Below are positions 9,896 through 19,096 of a DNA stretch of 64,000 nt, in pieces. The translations under genes and the position numbers were made by a program. Origin of the DNA: Patescibacteria group bacterium (GTDB lineage: Bacteria > Patescibacteriota > Minisyncoccia > Phycocordibacterales > SBAW01); the NCBI GenBank assembly GCA_016176685.1, contig JACOWS010000002.1:30608-94607 (forward strand), read 5' to 3'. The notes under the pieces are model-generated. The model saw nothing but the letters and a program-made list of their open reading frames with translations, searched no databases and had not been told where the DNA came from. How positions within the stretch are numbered: the stretch's first letter is position 1; each line of letters starts with the position of its first letter.

Positions 9896-11182
9896 ATGTC
9901 ACGCGGTCGCGCTGTCGTTATTTTGTGCACACTATTGGGGGTGCTGTGGGCTATCACCACGTATGCCGACACTGCAAGCGACTTGCAGACCCAGATAGAC
10001 GCCAGTACAGAGCAGATAGCTCAGCTCAAGGCAGAAATCGCGCAATTGCAAACCGAGCTCAACTCCACCAGCGAGCAAAAACAAACACTCCAGATGGCGG
10101 TAAGGGCTCTAGACCTTAACATTCAAAAGCTGACCAAAAATATTTCACTCACCAACGCTCAGATTACACAAAAAGACAAAGAAATAACATCTCTTTCCGG
10201 TTCTATCACCACCACAATCGGCAACATAGTGACTAGTAAAATGGAGATAGCGGGCTTACTTAGAGAGCATGAGCTCCTTGATGCACAGCCAATTGCCGTG
10301 GCCTTACTCGGCGGGACGACTCTCTCGGAGCTTTTTGATCAAGCGGCAACATTGGGGAGCGTGCGCACCGGCTTACAAAATCATATTTATGAACTCTCTT
10401 CTCTCAAGATTACGTACGAAACGGATAAAAATGTTGCAGAAAAAAAACGCATGGAGTTGGCTAACCTCAAGGCAAACCTTAACCAGGAAAAGCAGGGGCT
10501 CGCCATTGCGCGAGACGCGCAAAACCAACTTCTGGCGGAAACAAAAAACAAAGAATCCACCTACCAAGCCCAGATTGCAAAAAAACAGGCTGAGGAAATT
10601 AAGTTTGAGCAGGACTTGCTCAACTTTGAGTCTCAGCTTAACTTACTGGTTAATCCGGGTAGCTTTGCGGCGGCGCAAGCCGGAGTTCTTATGTGGCCGC
10701 TCGACTCGGTATATATTACGCAATATTTTGGCAACACCGACTTTGCAACTAAAAACCCACAGCTCTACAACGGCAAGGGGCACAACGCCATAGACTTGCG
10801 GGCAAGCCCGGGCACCCCGGTACGCGCCGCTCGAGGCGGGGTGGTGCGCGGGGTAGGGAACACCGACCTCACCTGCCCTGGCGCTTCCTACGGCAAGTGG
10901 GTGTTTATAGACCACGACAATGGCCTTTCGACTATTTACGCGCACTTGGCCACTTACACGGTGGGGCAGGGTGACACGGTCTCCCAAGGACAGGTGCTAG
11001 GGTACTCCGATACCACCGGCTATGCCACCGGGCCACACCTGCACTTTGGAGTCTACGCGAGCGCAGGCGCCAAAATCACTTCCTTCCCCAGCAAAAGCTG
11101 TAAGGGCAAAGTGTATACTATGCCGGTTGCCGACCTGTCCGCCTACCTCAACCCGCTTTCCTATCTACCCATTCTGCCCTAA
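9896..11182 (+). CDS. Secreted coiled-coil M23 peptidase (EnvC/MepM-like)
   Basis: Signal peptide, long coiled coil, HNAID, YAHL, TGPHLHF. Confidence 0.88.
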   Translation: MSRGRAVVILCTLLGVLWAITTYADTASDLQTQIDASTEQIAQLKAEIAQLQTELNSTSEQKQTLQMAVRALDLNIQKLTKNISLTNAQITQKDKEITSLSGSITTTIGNIVTSKMEIAGLLREHELLDAQPIAVALLGGTTLSELFDQAATLGSVRTGLQNHIYELSSLKITYETDKNVAEKKRMELANLKANLNQEKQGLAIARDAQNQLLAETKNKESTYQAQIAKKQAEEIKFEQDLLNFESQLNLLVNPGSFAAAQAGVLMWPLDSVYITQYFGNTDFATKNPQLYNGKGHNAIDLRASPGTPVRAARGGVVRGVGNTDLTCPGASYGKWVFIDHDNGLSTIYAHLATYTVGQGDTVSQGQVLGYSDTTGYATGPHLHFGVYASAGAKITSFPSKSCKGKVYTMPVADLSAYLNPLSYLPILP

Positions 11183-11301
11183 TGAGATATCAACAGGTAT
11201 ATAAACCAAGATTATACATCTCTTCTGAGGCGTTATAATAGATATACGGTATAGGTCGAACCGTACTTACGCAGCTTTTCCGTACTTATCTGAAAATATC
11301 T

Positions 11302-11526
11302 ATGAATAGTCTTACCATGGTCGTGTATTGGCTGGTTATTATCGGCGGGCTCAACTGGGGCCTGGTCGGCCTTGGAGCATTTGCCGGTGGCAACTGGAAC
11401 GTGGTCAACTTGGTTCTGGGCTCGTGGCCGCAAGTAGAGTGGCTTGTCTATGTTTTAGTTGGCCTCTCGGCAGCGTGGATGTTGGTTAAAAAAATGGGCA
11501 TGAACTCTTCTTCGGATTCGATGTAG
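11302..11526 (+). CDS. DUF378 small membrane protein
   Basis: LVIIGGLNWGLVG...VYVLVGLSA. Confidence 0.85.
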   Translation: MNSLTMVVYWLVIIGGLNWGLVGLGAFAGGNWNVVNLVLGSWPQVEWLVYVLVGLSAAWMLVKKMGMNSSSDSM

Positions 11527-11603
11527 GTACCTCGCCCTTTTCGACAAAAACCTGCCCTTGTGGGTGGGTTTTTGTTTTTTGCCCTATGGTATACTTTTCT
11601 ACT

Positions 11604-12341
11604 GTGACTTCAACTCCTGCCGTTGCTATAAAAGAACTGCACAAGGTGTATAAGGGAGGGACAGAGGCGCTTAGGGGTGCCACTTTAGACATACCAGCGG
11701 GGGACTTTTTTGCGCTCCTTGGGCCAAACGGAGCAGGGAAGACAACGCTCATCAGCATCCTCGCCGGACTTACTGTCAAAACAAGCGGCACGGCGGAAAT
11801 TTTTGGCATGTCCATAGACACTAACCACTCGCTTGCCAAGTCATACCTAGGTCTGGTGCCGCAGGAATTTAACTTCAATATTTTTGAAAGGGTGATTGAC
11901 ATCGTGGTAAACCAGGCTGGCTACTACGGCATTCCACGCGCCAAGGCACTCCGCGATGCCGAGGCAATACTCAAAGAGCTTGGGCTATGGGAAAAGCGCA
12001 CGGAAAAGGCGCAAAAACTCTCCGGCGGTATGAAGCGGCGGTTGATGATAGCGCGCGCGCTTATCCACCACCCGCGGCTATTACTGTTAGACGAGCCGAC
12101 CGCAGGGGTAGATGTGGAGTTGCGCCGCAGCATGTGGAAGTTTTTGCGCAAAATAAACGCCGAGGGCACGACCATCATACTTACCACCCACTACCTGGAG
12201 GAGGCCGAGCAATTGTGCCGCACCGTGGCGGTTATCAACCACGGCGAGATAGTCGTGCACGAGCCCATGCGTGCGCTTTTGACTCGCCACGGCGACAAAG
12301 ACCTCGAGGACATATTTATGGAGCTTATAGAACAAAAGTAG
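11604..12341 (+). CDS. ABC transporter ATP-binding protein (YadG-like)
   Basis: GPNGAGKT, LSGG, LLDEP, H-loop; GTG start 8 nt after TATACT (track start 11586). Confidence 0.92.
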   Translation: MTSTPAVAIKELHKVYKGGTEALRGATLDIPAGDFFALLGPNGAGKTTLISILAGLTVKTSGTAEIFGMSIDTNHSLAKSYLGLVPQEFNFNIFERVIDIVVNQAGYYGIPRAKALRDAEAILKELGLWEKRTEKAQKLSGGMKRRLMIARALIHHPRLLLLDEPTAGVDVELRRSMWKFLRKINAEGTTIILTTHYLEEAEQLCRTVAVINHGEIVVHEPMRALLTRHGDKDLEDIFMELIEQK

Positions 12342-12350
12342 CCACACCAT

Positions 12351-13124
12351 ATGGAAACAAACAGGACTCTTATAGCTTATTACACAGTCGTGCGAAAGGA
12401 TGTCGTACGGATGGTCCGTTTGTGGAAGCAGACTTTTTTGCCGTCTATGGTCACCACGGTGTTGTACTTTATTGTTTTTGGCTCTTTAATTGGCTCAAAG
12501 TTGCCGCCTATACATGGCGTTTCCTACATTATGTTTATCGTGCCCGGGCTGGTGATGATGCAGGTCATTATGAACGCGTACAGCAACACCTCTTCCGCAT
12601 TGTTTATGGCAAAGTTCCAGCGCAACCTAGAGGAGATGCTGGTGTCGCCCATGCCCGAGTGGACTATCATAGGCGGGTACGTAACCGCCGGTATAGTGCG
12701 CGGAAGCATCACCGGTGTTTTGGTGCTCGGTGTGGGGCTCTTTTTTACACACCTCACCCTGTACAGCATTCCTATCATCATAGCGGCGTTTGTACTGACC
12801 TGCGCGCTCTTTTCGCTCGGTGGTTTTCTCAACGCTATGTTTGCGGAAAGCTTTGACTCTATATCCATAATTCCAACGTTTGTGCTGACGCCAATGACCT
12901 TTTTGGGCGGCGTATTTTACTCTATACAACAATTCCCTCCATTTTGGCAAACGGTGTCCCTGGCTAACCCGGTGCTTTACATGGTTAACGTATTCCGCTA
13001 CGGTTTTCTAGGCACATCCGATGTCAACATAGGGCTCGCGTTTGGCGTGCTACTAGGGCTCATTGCGCTTTTTCTAATTCTCATACTCTGGCTCTTTAAA
13101 AGGGGAGCGGGGCTTAAAACCTAG
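12351..13124 (+). CDS. ABC-2 type permease (YadH-like)
   Basis: YIMFIVPGL, LGGVFYS, NPVLYMVN..RYGFLG. Confidence 0.9.
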   Translation: METNRTLIAYYTVVRKDVVRMVRLWKQTFLPSMVTTVLYFIVFGSLIGSKLPPIHGVSYIMFIVPGLVMMQVIMNAYSNTSSALFMAKFQRNLEEMLVSPMPEWTIIGGYVTAGIVRGSITGVLVLGVGLFFTHLTLYSIPIIIAAFVLTCALFSLGGFLNAMFAESFDSISIIPTFVLTPMTFLGGVFYSIQQFPPFWQTVSLANPVLYMVNVFRYGFLGTSDVNIGLAFGVLLGLIALFLILILWLFKRGAGLKT

Positions 13125-13776
13125 TACGTTTGCCCGCCCTGTTCCACTCCTCTAACTCTAACGCCGCACGTTCTATTTTGGCGGCCTTACGCAACTTTGT
13201 TTTTATGATGCCGGCCGAAGCAACAGGGGAGTGCGGCACCCTGTCCAAGGCATCTGCCAGCCACCCCAAGGAGCCCTCTGTAGTGACCCAGCGCCTTGGC
13301 GGGTACCGGCGCAAATCGAAAATTCTTGAGTAACTGCGCATAGTCTTTTCTCCACTTCGCCATAAAAAATATTCATGGAAGTACGACATTGCCAGCTCTC
13401 GCACGCTTTTGTATACCGGGTCGCGCCAACGTAGCACGTGGTTGTTTGTCTTACTTATAGCTCCCCAACGGTCGCCATTTTTAAAAAGCGTCACCACATG
13501 CTCCTCATCCTTGTCGGTTGTTTTAATATCAAGCAAAAGAGGCGGCGATCCGTGGTAGGCGAGGGAAGCCGCGGCAAGCATAGCCCCCTCAAGGCAGTAT
13601 GCCTTGCCCTCGGCCACTGTGCGGCGCACCGAGCGGCAACTCCCCTCCCTACTGCGAGAAAAATTTTGGGGAAGTGCCTCCAGGTAGTCCTGGATGCGCT
13701 GTGGGGAGTCCAACTTTTTAAACACACGATGCTCGGCGGGGGAGAGAAGGGCGCGCAACTTGGTTTGGTACGTCAT
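13114..13776 (-). CDS. Conserved hypothetical protein, possible transglutaminase-like fold
   Basis: 220 aa; AYCLEGA and EHVV Cys/His candidates; WGAISKTN. Confidence 0.6.
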   Translation of the reverse strand: MTYQTKLRALLSPAEHRVFKKLDSPQRIQDYLEALPQNFSRSREGSCRSVRRTVAEGKAYCLEGAMLAAASLAYHGSPPLLLDIKTTDKDEEHVVTLFKNGDRWGAISKTNNHVLRWRDPVYKSVRELAMSYFHEYFLWRSGEKTMRSYSRIFDLRRYPPRRWVTTEGSLGWLADALDRVPHSPVASAGIIKTKLRKAAKIERAALELEEWNRAGKRTRF

Positions 13777-13806
13777 TGGTATGTATTGTAGCGCGCTGGT
13801 TTGTGA

Positions 13807-14466
13807 GAGTATAACCGTCGCACAAATTCAATTATACGCGTTTGTGTCACACATTGAACATATCAAAAAGAAAACCGCCCACAGATTACTCTGGGGCGGC
13901 TTGCGATGGACGAAGAATCTAGGCGGCTTTAGCCTCGTCGCGCGTTGCGGCGAGCCGTTCGGCGACAGACTGCGCAGGGCAGCCATAGGCAACCAACGCC
14001 TTGCCGATCTGCTGTTCACTCAGCTCGTAGCCGAAGAGATTCAGGACCTCTTCTTGCACGCGAGCCACGAGAACTTTGTTCTTGTCCATGATGACTCCGT
14101 AGGTCTCGCCCTCATTGAATGGAACGAAATCCTTGCGGTAGAAATGGATGGTGCCGACAGCGGCATAGATCATCGAGCGATACTTCCAATCGCCCATCTT
14201 AAAGTCATACATCTGCCTTAGCGTCCTTTGGCGCGATAGGAGAGGGGGACGTCCAAGAAGACTATACCTACTTCCCCGTTAAAAATCAAAAAACCGGGGG
14301 AGGGGGTAAAAAGAGAAGTACGAAAGAATAGAGCCCGAAAATTCTTCCAGGAATTTTTGGGGGCCAGATGCAGGGTAGGGAGTACAACAAGTTAATGGTT
14401 GGTACCAAGGCAGGTGAGCCCTTCGGCGCTTGAGTATAACCGTCGCACAATATATCTTTTACGCGT
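13807..14466. repeat. Imperfect ~35-bp direct repeat (13807-13841 and 14432-14466)
   Basis: Identical gagtataaccgtcgcacaa plus tacgcgt at the same offset; 625 bp apart. Confidence 0.85.
13919..14212 (-). CDS. Hypothetical protein
   Basis: 97-aa ORF between the direct repeats; hairpin downstream at about 13873-13900. Confidence 0.55.
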   Translation of the reverse strand: MYDFKMGDWKYRSMIYAAVGTIHFYRKDFVPFNEGETYGVIMDKNKVLVARVQEEVLNLFGYELSEQQIGKALVAYGCPAQSVAERLAATRDEAKAA

Positions 14467-14490
14467 GTAGTATATACGACATATATAGTA

Positions 14491-15159
14491 TTACGCACGA
14501 AGGACCTTAAGTGGGTCTCTACCACGGCAAAAGACTTCAAATGTCCCCCACTCCATCACATACTGCCCTGTTTGTAGTTTTTTTGCTTTATGTGAGACAA
14601 GCGTGTCTATCTCTTTCTGCTGGATAGACTCATTCATTTGTAAAAAGATCACTGGGTACAGCAGGAGTGACTTGGTCCCGATATATTTCTTAATCTTTAT
14701 GTTTAGGCACCCAGCTAAATTCCGCAAAGAGTTTGGGTAGAATACATCGACGCAAAAACCCCTCTGCTCGTCGTAGACAAAAAAGTCCGCGCGAGTCCGG
14801 TGATCGTCGGTAAAGAAGTACTCGCGGTGGACCATTTCTTTGCCGAAACGTCGTACTAGGCGCTCGTATACTGTTTGCTCGACACGATGAGCGCGCTTGT
14901 TTATAAGATGTGCGCGATTAGTGCTATGCGTGCCAGTTCTAAAATCATGTTCAATACCTAAACCCAATTGCTTGCGTAAAGCGACGAGGCCTCCAAACCG
15001 TCTTTCAATCGACCGAGCCGATGGTAAGTATGCGTACGCGTCAACTTCAGTCGCAGTTGGATATCTTTTCTGTTGTTCATAAAAGTGCTCAAGTCCTGTT
15101 TTGAGCTCCGCAAGTGTCCAGGGAATCTGCTTGCCATTTTTTTGTTGCCGAAGTGACAT
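14491..15159 (-). CDS. Hypothetical protein: homing-endonuclease-associated repeat plus possible PD-(D/E)XK domain
   Basis: L..F....KRYPT..E......PS..SIERRFGG pattern, then RADFFV...CVDVF. Confidence 0.55.
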   Translation of the reverse strand: MSLRQQKNGKQIPWTLAELKTGLEHFYEQQKRYPTATEVDAYAYLPSARSIERRFGGLVALRKQLGLGIEHDFRTGTHSTNRAHLINKRAHRVEQTVYERLVRRFGKEMVHREYFFTDDHRTRADFFVYDEQRGFCVDVFYPNSLRNLAGCLNIKIKKYIGTKSLLLYPVIFLQMNESIQQKEIDTLVSHKAKKLQTGQYVMEWGTFEVFCRGRDPLKVLRA

Positions 15160-15279
15160 GGATAAGAAGGTAACACGTTTGTGTCGTATAAGCTAAAGGA
15201 CCTTCCTGCCCGTGTAATAAAAAGTGAAGGCCCCGAAGGTGAGTTCGGGGCCGTGCGGTTGATGGAGTTCATCGCTTGT

Positions 15280-15489
15280 TCACGAGGTTTTGCTACTTCC
15301 CCAGGGAGTGAGATACTCTAGAACCCCCAAAATCAGGAGCCACAACCCAGCGCCAGCCAGAATGGCCTTAGCACCCAAGATGGACGCCAATGTCGAGGCT
15401 AGCAAAACAACTCCCAAAGTAATCAGGAAGAGAGCACCGCCCTTGTCACTGATGTCTGTGGTGGGTTCCCTTTTCTTTACGTCGGCCAT
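15280..15489 (-). CDS. Small two-TM membrane protein
   Basis: SD AGGAGGAGG before ATG; two hydrophobic segments. Confidence 0.65.
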   Translation of the reverse strand: MADVKKREPTTDISDKGGALFLITLGVVLLASTLASILGAKAILAGAGLWLLILGVLEYLTPWGSSKTS

Positions 15490-15604
15490 GGCGGACACCT
15501 CCTCCTCTGTATGACCAGTTGACTGAACTAGTGCAAAAAATAACACAAGTTTGTTAAATAAGCAAGTATTTAAAACAAGGATCTCCCCCACCCCGCACAC
15601 TCAA

Positions 15605-15641
15605 CAAAACCGCCCCGGGGTTGCCGGAGCGGTTTTGTTTT
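15605..15641. terminator. Intrinsic terminator downstream of the SLT gene
   Basis: caaaaccgccccgg-ggttg-ccggagcggttttg. Confidence 0.6.
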
Positions 15642-15648
15642 GTATTGC

Positions 15649-16077
15649 TTATCCGTTGAGTACTAATTTTTGCGCTTCTGCAGACTTGCCCCAGCACTGT
15701 TTGGACGATAGCCAAGGGCCGGTGCCTTTTTGCTCATACAAGTACCTGGCGTATGCAAGGTTGCCTTGGATGGTGTAGAGGTCTATTCCCAACTGTTCTG
15801 CAATTTTGCCGTGGTAATACTCGTTGACCTGCATGATACCGAGGTCGCTTTTGTTAACGCGACCGCGATGTATGGAACCGTCTTTGTCGAACTGCTTAAA
15901 GCGCGACTCGCACTGTGCAATGTCGGCCAACACGGGCTCGTCGGCAAAGTAATCGCGCGTATATTGCTCGACCGTCTGTGCCGCAGGCATCAAGGGTATC
16001 CGAGGTACGTCTGTCTGCAACGAACTTTGGCCTAATGCCAAAGAGAATGCCAGAGCGATGCTAGCAGTGAGATGCAT
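15649..16077 (-). CDS. Secreted lytic transglycosylase/lysozyme-like (SLT) protein
   Basis: Signal peptide; IAQCES catalytic Glu, GIMQVN, N...A.YLY...G..PW. Confidence 0.8.
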   Translation of the reverse strand: MHLTASIALAFSLALGQSSLQTDVPRIPLMPAAQTVEQYTRDYFADEPVLADIAQCESRFKQFDKDGSIHRGRVNKSDLGIMQVNEYYHGKIAEQLGIDLYTIQGNLAYARYLYEQKGTGPWLSSKQCWGKSAEAQKLVLNG

Positions 16078-16296
16078 AAGTGAATGGGCATATAGTCTTT
16101 GTATCGGCTAAATGTCCTTGTAACCGGCCCAAGGAGGGCCGGGAACAAAAAAGCCCCGGGCTCGACAGCACCGGAGATAAGAAAATATTAGCACATTTTT
16201 GTCAAGGTGGTCAAGCAAGAAACTTGACAAATAAAAAGGGTCCTCGGTGGTGCCGAGAACCCCTTATTTGACAACAGTTTTTAGCTGTTGTCTGAG

Positions 16297-16992
16297 TCAA
16301 TCTTCTTCGGTGGTCGGCTCAAGAATGAGCTTACTCAGGGCTGCGGCGGCGGGGACAAAAAGTGCCTCCATAACAATACCGCGCTCTTCTAGCCACTTCT
16401 TGACCGCCTCGTCGCCGATGACGATTTCCCCACCTTCGCTCCGCATTAAGGCGTGGAGTGGCGGTGGACCTTCGTCATAGCCACGCGCAAAGATGTTTTT
16501 CTGCACCACCCCGCCGAGGTTATCTCCCGGCCTGATATACCCCTCTTCACTCTTGATGTAGCGAGAAATGTGGAAAGTGACGGGGGATACCATAGCGGAA
16601 AGACCATCTCCGTCCTTCCACACAAGCTCCTCCCCTTCCAGCACGCCAAGGCGGAAGCATGATGCATCACGGTACTCGACGCCGGTCATACTGTGCTTGA
16701 AGGGAATCTTGGCGTGGTAAGAAAGGAGCACAAACTCGCCCCGCTTCCCTTTCAACTTACCCTCAAGCTCGCGGTATTTTTCCTCAAGCTTGTGGTCGAG
16801 TCCGTGGACCGTAAGCACCATGTCGCGGATATGGTCGCCAGTGCTCTCGCCGGCCGCAAATGCTTTGCGGACCTTTTTGAGCTTTTCGTAGATATCGCGC
16901 TTCAGGGTTGCCGCCTTCACCAGCAGAGCATTTCTGTGCTCTTCTGCACGCTCGATGTATTGGATATCGTCGTGTATAGACACTGTCTGCAC
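16297..16992 (-). CDS. Hypothetical protein
   Basis: 231-aa ORF, coiled-coil N-terminus. Confidence 0.6.
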   Translation of the reverse strand: MQTVSIHDDIQYIERAEEHRNALLVKAATLKRDIYEKLKKVRKAFAAGESTGDHIRDMVLTVHGLDHKLEEKYRELEGKLKGKRGEFVLLSYHAKIPFKHSMTGVEYRDASCFRLGVLEGEELVWKDGDGLSAMVSPVTFHISRYIKSEEGYIRPGDNLGGVVQKNIFARGYDEGPPPLHALMRSEGGEIVIGDEAVKKWLEERGIVMEALFVPAAAALSKLILEPTTEED

Positions 16993-17080
16993 TCCTTTTC
17001 TCTTTGCTAATTTTCGGAACAGCTGGCGCTAGGGTACCAGAGTGCGGTATCGTAGTAAAGTTATGGCTTTGGCGGGTTTA

Positions 17081-17139
17081 CCTCGCCGAAGCGTTAGCGA
17101 AGGCGGGCGTTGCCTCGCCGTAACTTTAGTGAAGGCGGG
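17081..17139. repeat. Tandem pair of short hairpin repeats abutting tRNA-Pro
   Basis: cctcgccgaagcgttagcgaaggcggg and cctcgccgtaactttagtgaaggcggg, period 32. Confidence 0.8.
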
Positions 17140-17206
17140 CCGTAGTATACCGGTAGTACGCGTCCATGGGGTGGATGTAGACCGGGTTCAATTCCCGGCG
17201 GCCCGA
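17136..17206 (+). tRNA. tRNA-Pro(GGG), CCA not encoded
   Basis: CGGGCCG/CGGCCCG acceptor, CGTCC-ATGGGGT-GGATG anticodon arm, CCGGG-TTCAATT-CCCGG T arm. Confidence 0.93.
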
Positions 17207-17221
17207 AATAGTGCGCAGGAA

Positions 17222-17298
17222 GAAAACCCGCTGCAATTTTAAAGGGTAAGACTTGGCCTAGCGGCCCGGAGCGCCCTTTAAAATTGCAGCGGGTTTTC
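17222..17298 (+). repeat. Palindromic element family 1, copy B (perfect 25-bp arms)
   Basis: gaaaacccgctgcaattttaaaggg / TAAGACTTGGCCTAGCGGCCCGGAGCG / ccctttaaaattgcagcgggttttc. Confidence 0.95.
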
Positions 17299-17301
17299 GG
17301 A

Positions 17302-17901
17302 CTATACCCAGGGGATAGCAAACTGCTCAAATTCCGGCAGGAGTTTTTTGTCGGAGAGGAGGCGCGAGATAACCTCCGCGTGGCTTTTGGCGCCGGTCAA
17401 AGCGTTGTGGGGGGTCGGCTCTTCGGGGATGCCGCAGTACAGCAGTATAGCATCAAGATTGAGCGCGGAGTGTTTTTTTTCTGGGTCTAATGGGGGAGTG
17501 AGTCCCCTCTTTACCATGTGCATCCAGGCAAGCGAGTGGCTGTCTATCGTGCGATGGGCAAAGGGCCACTCTGTGTGCCCCGCACGGCCTGCGGCGTATT
17601 TTAAAAAATCGCGGTCAAACGACGGGTTCTGCCCGGCAAAGGTCCTGTCCCCCGCCTTGAGCGCCCAGGTAATAAATTGATGCACCAATTCCCCTTCGCT
17701 TTGTTTGTTAGGGTCCCCCGCCTCCTCGCGCGTAAAGCCGTTGACCGCGAGCGCCTCGTCTTCTATCTTGGCGCCGTCCCACGCCCGACACTCGGCATAA
17801 AAGGTGGGCCGCGCCGGATTGTCGAGGTCGACAGCTCCCACGCTTAAAATTGAGTGTTTGTGGGCCTCGGTGCCGGTTGCTTCTACATCAACTGCGAGCA
17901 T
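17302..17901 (-). CDS. DEDDh-family 3'-5' exonuclease
   Basis: DVEATG, GQNPSFD, HNALTGA (last Asp replaced by Gly). Confidence 0.8.
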   Translation of the reverse strand: MLAVDVEATGTEAHKHSILSVGAVDLDNPARPTFYAECRAWDGAKIEDEALAVNGFTREEAGDPNKQSEGELVHQFITWALKAGDRTFAGQNPSFDRDFLKYAAGRAGHTEWPFAHRTIDSHSLAWMHMVKRGLTPPLDPEKKHSALNLDAILLYCGIPEEPTPHNALTGAKSHAEVISRLLSDKKLLPEFEQFAIPWV

Positions 17902-17910
17902 AGTTGGTAG

Positions 17911-18159
17911 TTAAATCTCCCCCACTATCCTGCGGATAAACTGCTCGACGGAGAGCACTGCGCGGTGGAGTTTCGGGTACCTGCGCGTATGCCGCTCGAG
18001 CCACTCCCGCAGCGGGGGAGAAAAGAGCGAAAGGAGCATGAGTCCTATCGCCAAAAAAAGTATCCCCTGCAAAAACGGCAGTACCAGCCCAACCACTCCA
18101 AGGATTAAAAAGAGGATGCCTATAACAAATATAACCGTGCGTTTAGTATTGCGTATCAT
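17911..18159 (-). CDS. Small membrane protein (PGPGW/DUF454-like)
   Basis: GVVGLVLPFLQGILF motif. Confidence 0.7.
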   Translation of the reverse strand: MIRNTKRTVIFVIGILFLILGVVGLVLPFLQGILFLAIGLMLLSLFSPPLREWLERHTRRYPKLHRAVLSVEQFIRRIVGEI

Positions 18160-18165
18160 ATAGAT

Positions 18166-18333
18166 TTATGGCTCAAGAGCTGGCGGTTGGTGAACAATAA
18201 TACCGACTTTTTGCTCGGTAAGGGCCGAAAGGCGCCCCAGCCCAAAGGCCGCGAGGCCCACCAATACTACAATGGCCGGTACGATCAGTCTATCCAAAAA
18301 GGACTTGCGGCTGGCTATAAATCCTGCTATCAT
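18166..18333 (-). CDS. 55-aa single-TM protein, absent from the ORF track
   Basis: [55 protein letters not shown]; fills the gap before rpmA. Confidence 0.65.
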   Translation of the reverse strand: MIAGFIASRKSFLDRLIVPAIVVLVGLAAFGLGRLSALTEQKVGIIVHQPPALEP

Positions 18334-18353
18334 ACCCCTACCCTAACACACTT

Positions 18354-18632
18354 ATGGCGCATAAAAAGGCGGGCGGTTCAGCACATAACCTTACCGACTC
18401 CGAGGCAAAGTTCCTGGGGGTTAAGCTCTATGCCGGAGAAAAGGCCCGCAAGGGCGCCATTATAGTGCGCCAGCGCGGCACCCGTTACCTCCCGGGGCAG
18501 CACGTGGGGCTGGGCCGTGACCACACCCTCTTTGCACTTGCGGACGGCATAGTTTCCTTCCGCACCGTGCGTAAAACAAGCTTTACGGGCAAAACCGTAC
18601 GCCGTCCAAAAGTAGACGTTGTTACTAAGTAG
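18354..18632 (+). CDS. rpmA: 50S ribosomal protein L27
   Basis: [28 protein letters not shown]. Confidence 0.97.
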   Translation: MAHKKAGGSAHNLTDSEAKFLGVKLYAGEKARKGAIIVRQRGTRYLPGQHVGLGRDHTLFALADGIVSFRTVRKTSFTGKTVRRPKVDVVTK

Positions 18633-18634
18633 TT

Positions 18635-19081
18635 TTATACGGCAGAAACCACCGACACCTTGAGCTCCGCTTTTTGTGTCTTACTGGCGAGCATAACCAC
18701 ATGCTCTCCCGTTGTTTTTATATGCTCCGGGACATGCACTGATTCTTGGGGGATGTGTATGTCGTACTCGGCTTTAATCGCACGGACAATGTCTGCTGCA
18801 CAGAGTGCTTTAAATAAACCGCCCTTCTCTGTAGAGCGGGCAGAGATCACAACGCTCTTGCCGCGCAAGGAAAGGATTTTTTGCGTAAGTTCTTCTTCCT
18901 GTTTTATCAACTCCTCGTCGTGCGCCTGTTTTTTTGCTTCAAGCTCCGCTATTTTGGCGTCCGTTGCGAGCTCGGCTAGCCCCTGCGGCAGTAAAAAGTT
19001 GTGTGCGTAGCCGTCAGCCACATTTTTTACCTCTCCACTCCGCCCCGTCCCCCGCACATCCTTTAAGAATAGTACCTTCAT
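18635..19081 (-). CDS. rplI: 50S ribosomal protein L9
   Basis: [32 protein letters not shown]. Confidence 0.97.
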   Translation of the reverse strand: MKVLFLKDVRGTGRSGEVKNVADGYAHNFLLPQGLAELATDAKIAELEAKKQAHDEELIKQEEELTQKILSLRGKSVVISARSTEKGGLFKALCAADIVRAIKAEYDIHIPQESVHVPEHIKTTGEHVVMLASKTQKAELKVSVVSAV

Positions 19082-19096
19082 ATTATTTTGAGTATA

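Noticed and set aside
16080-16200. c-di-AMP riboswitch upstream of the SLT gene
   Set aside because: Two short hairpins only; the ydaO consensus (GCTGAATC..GGGGGAACC..GGGGTGAA) is absent.
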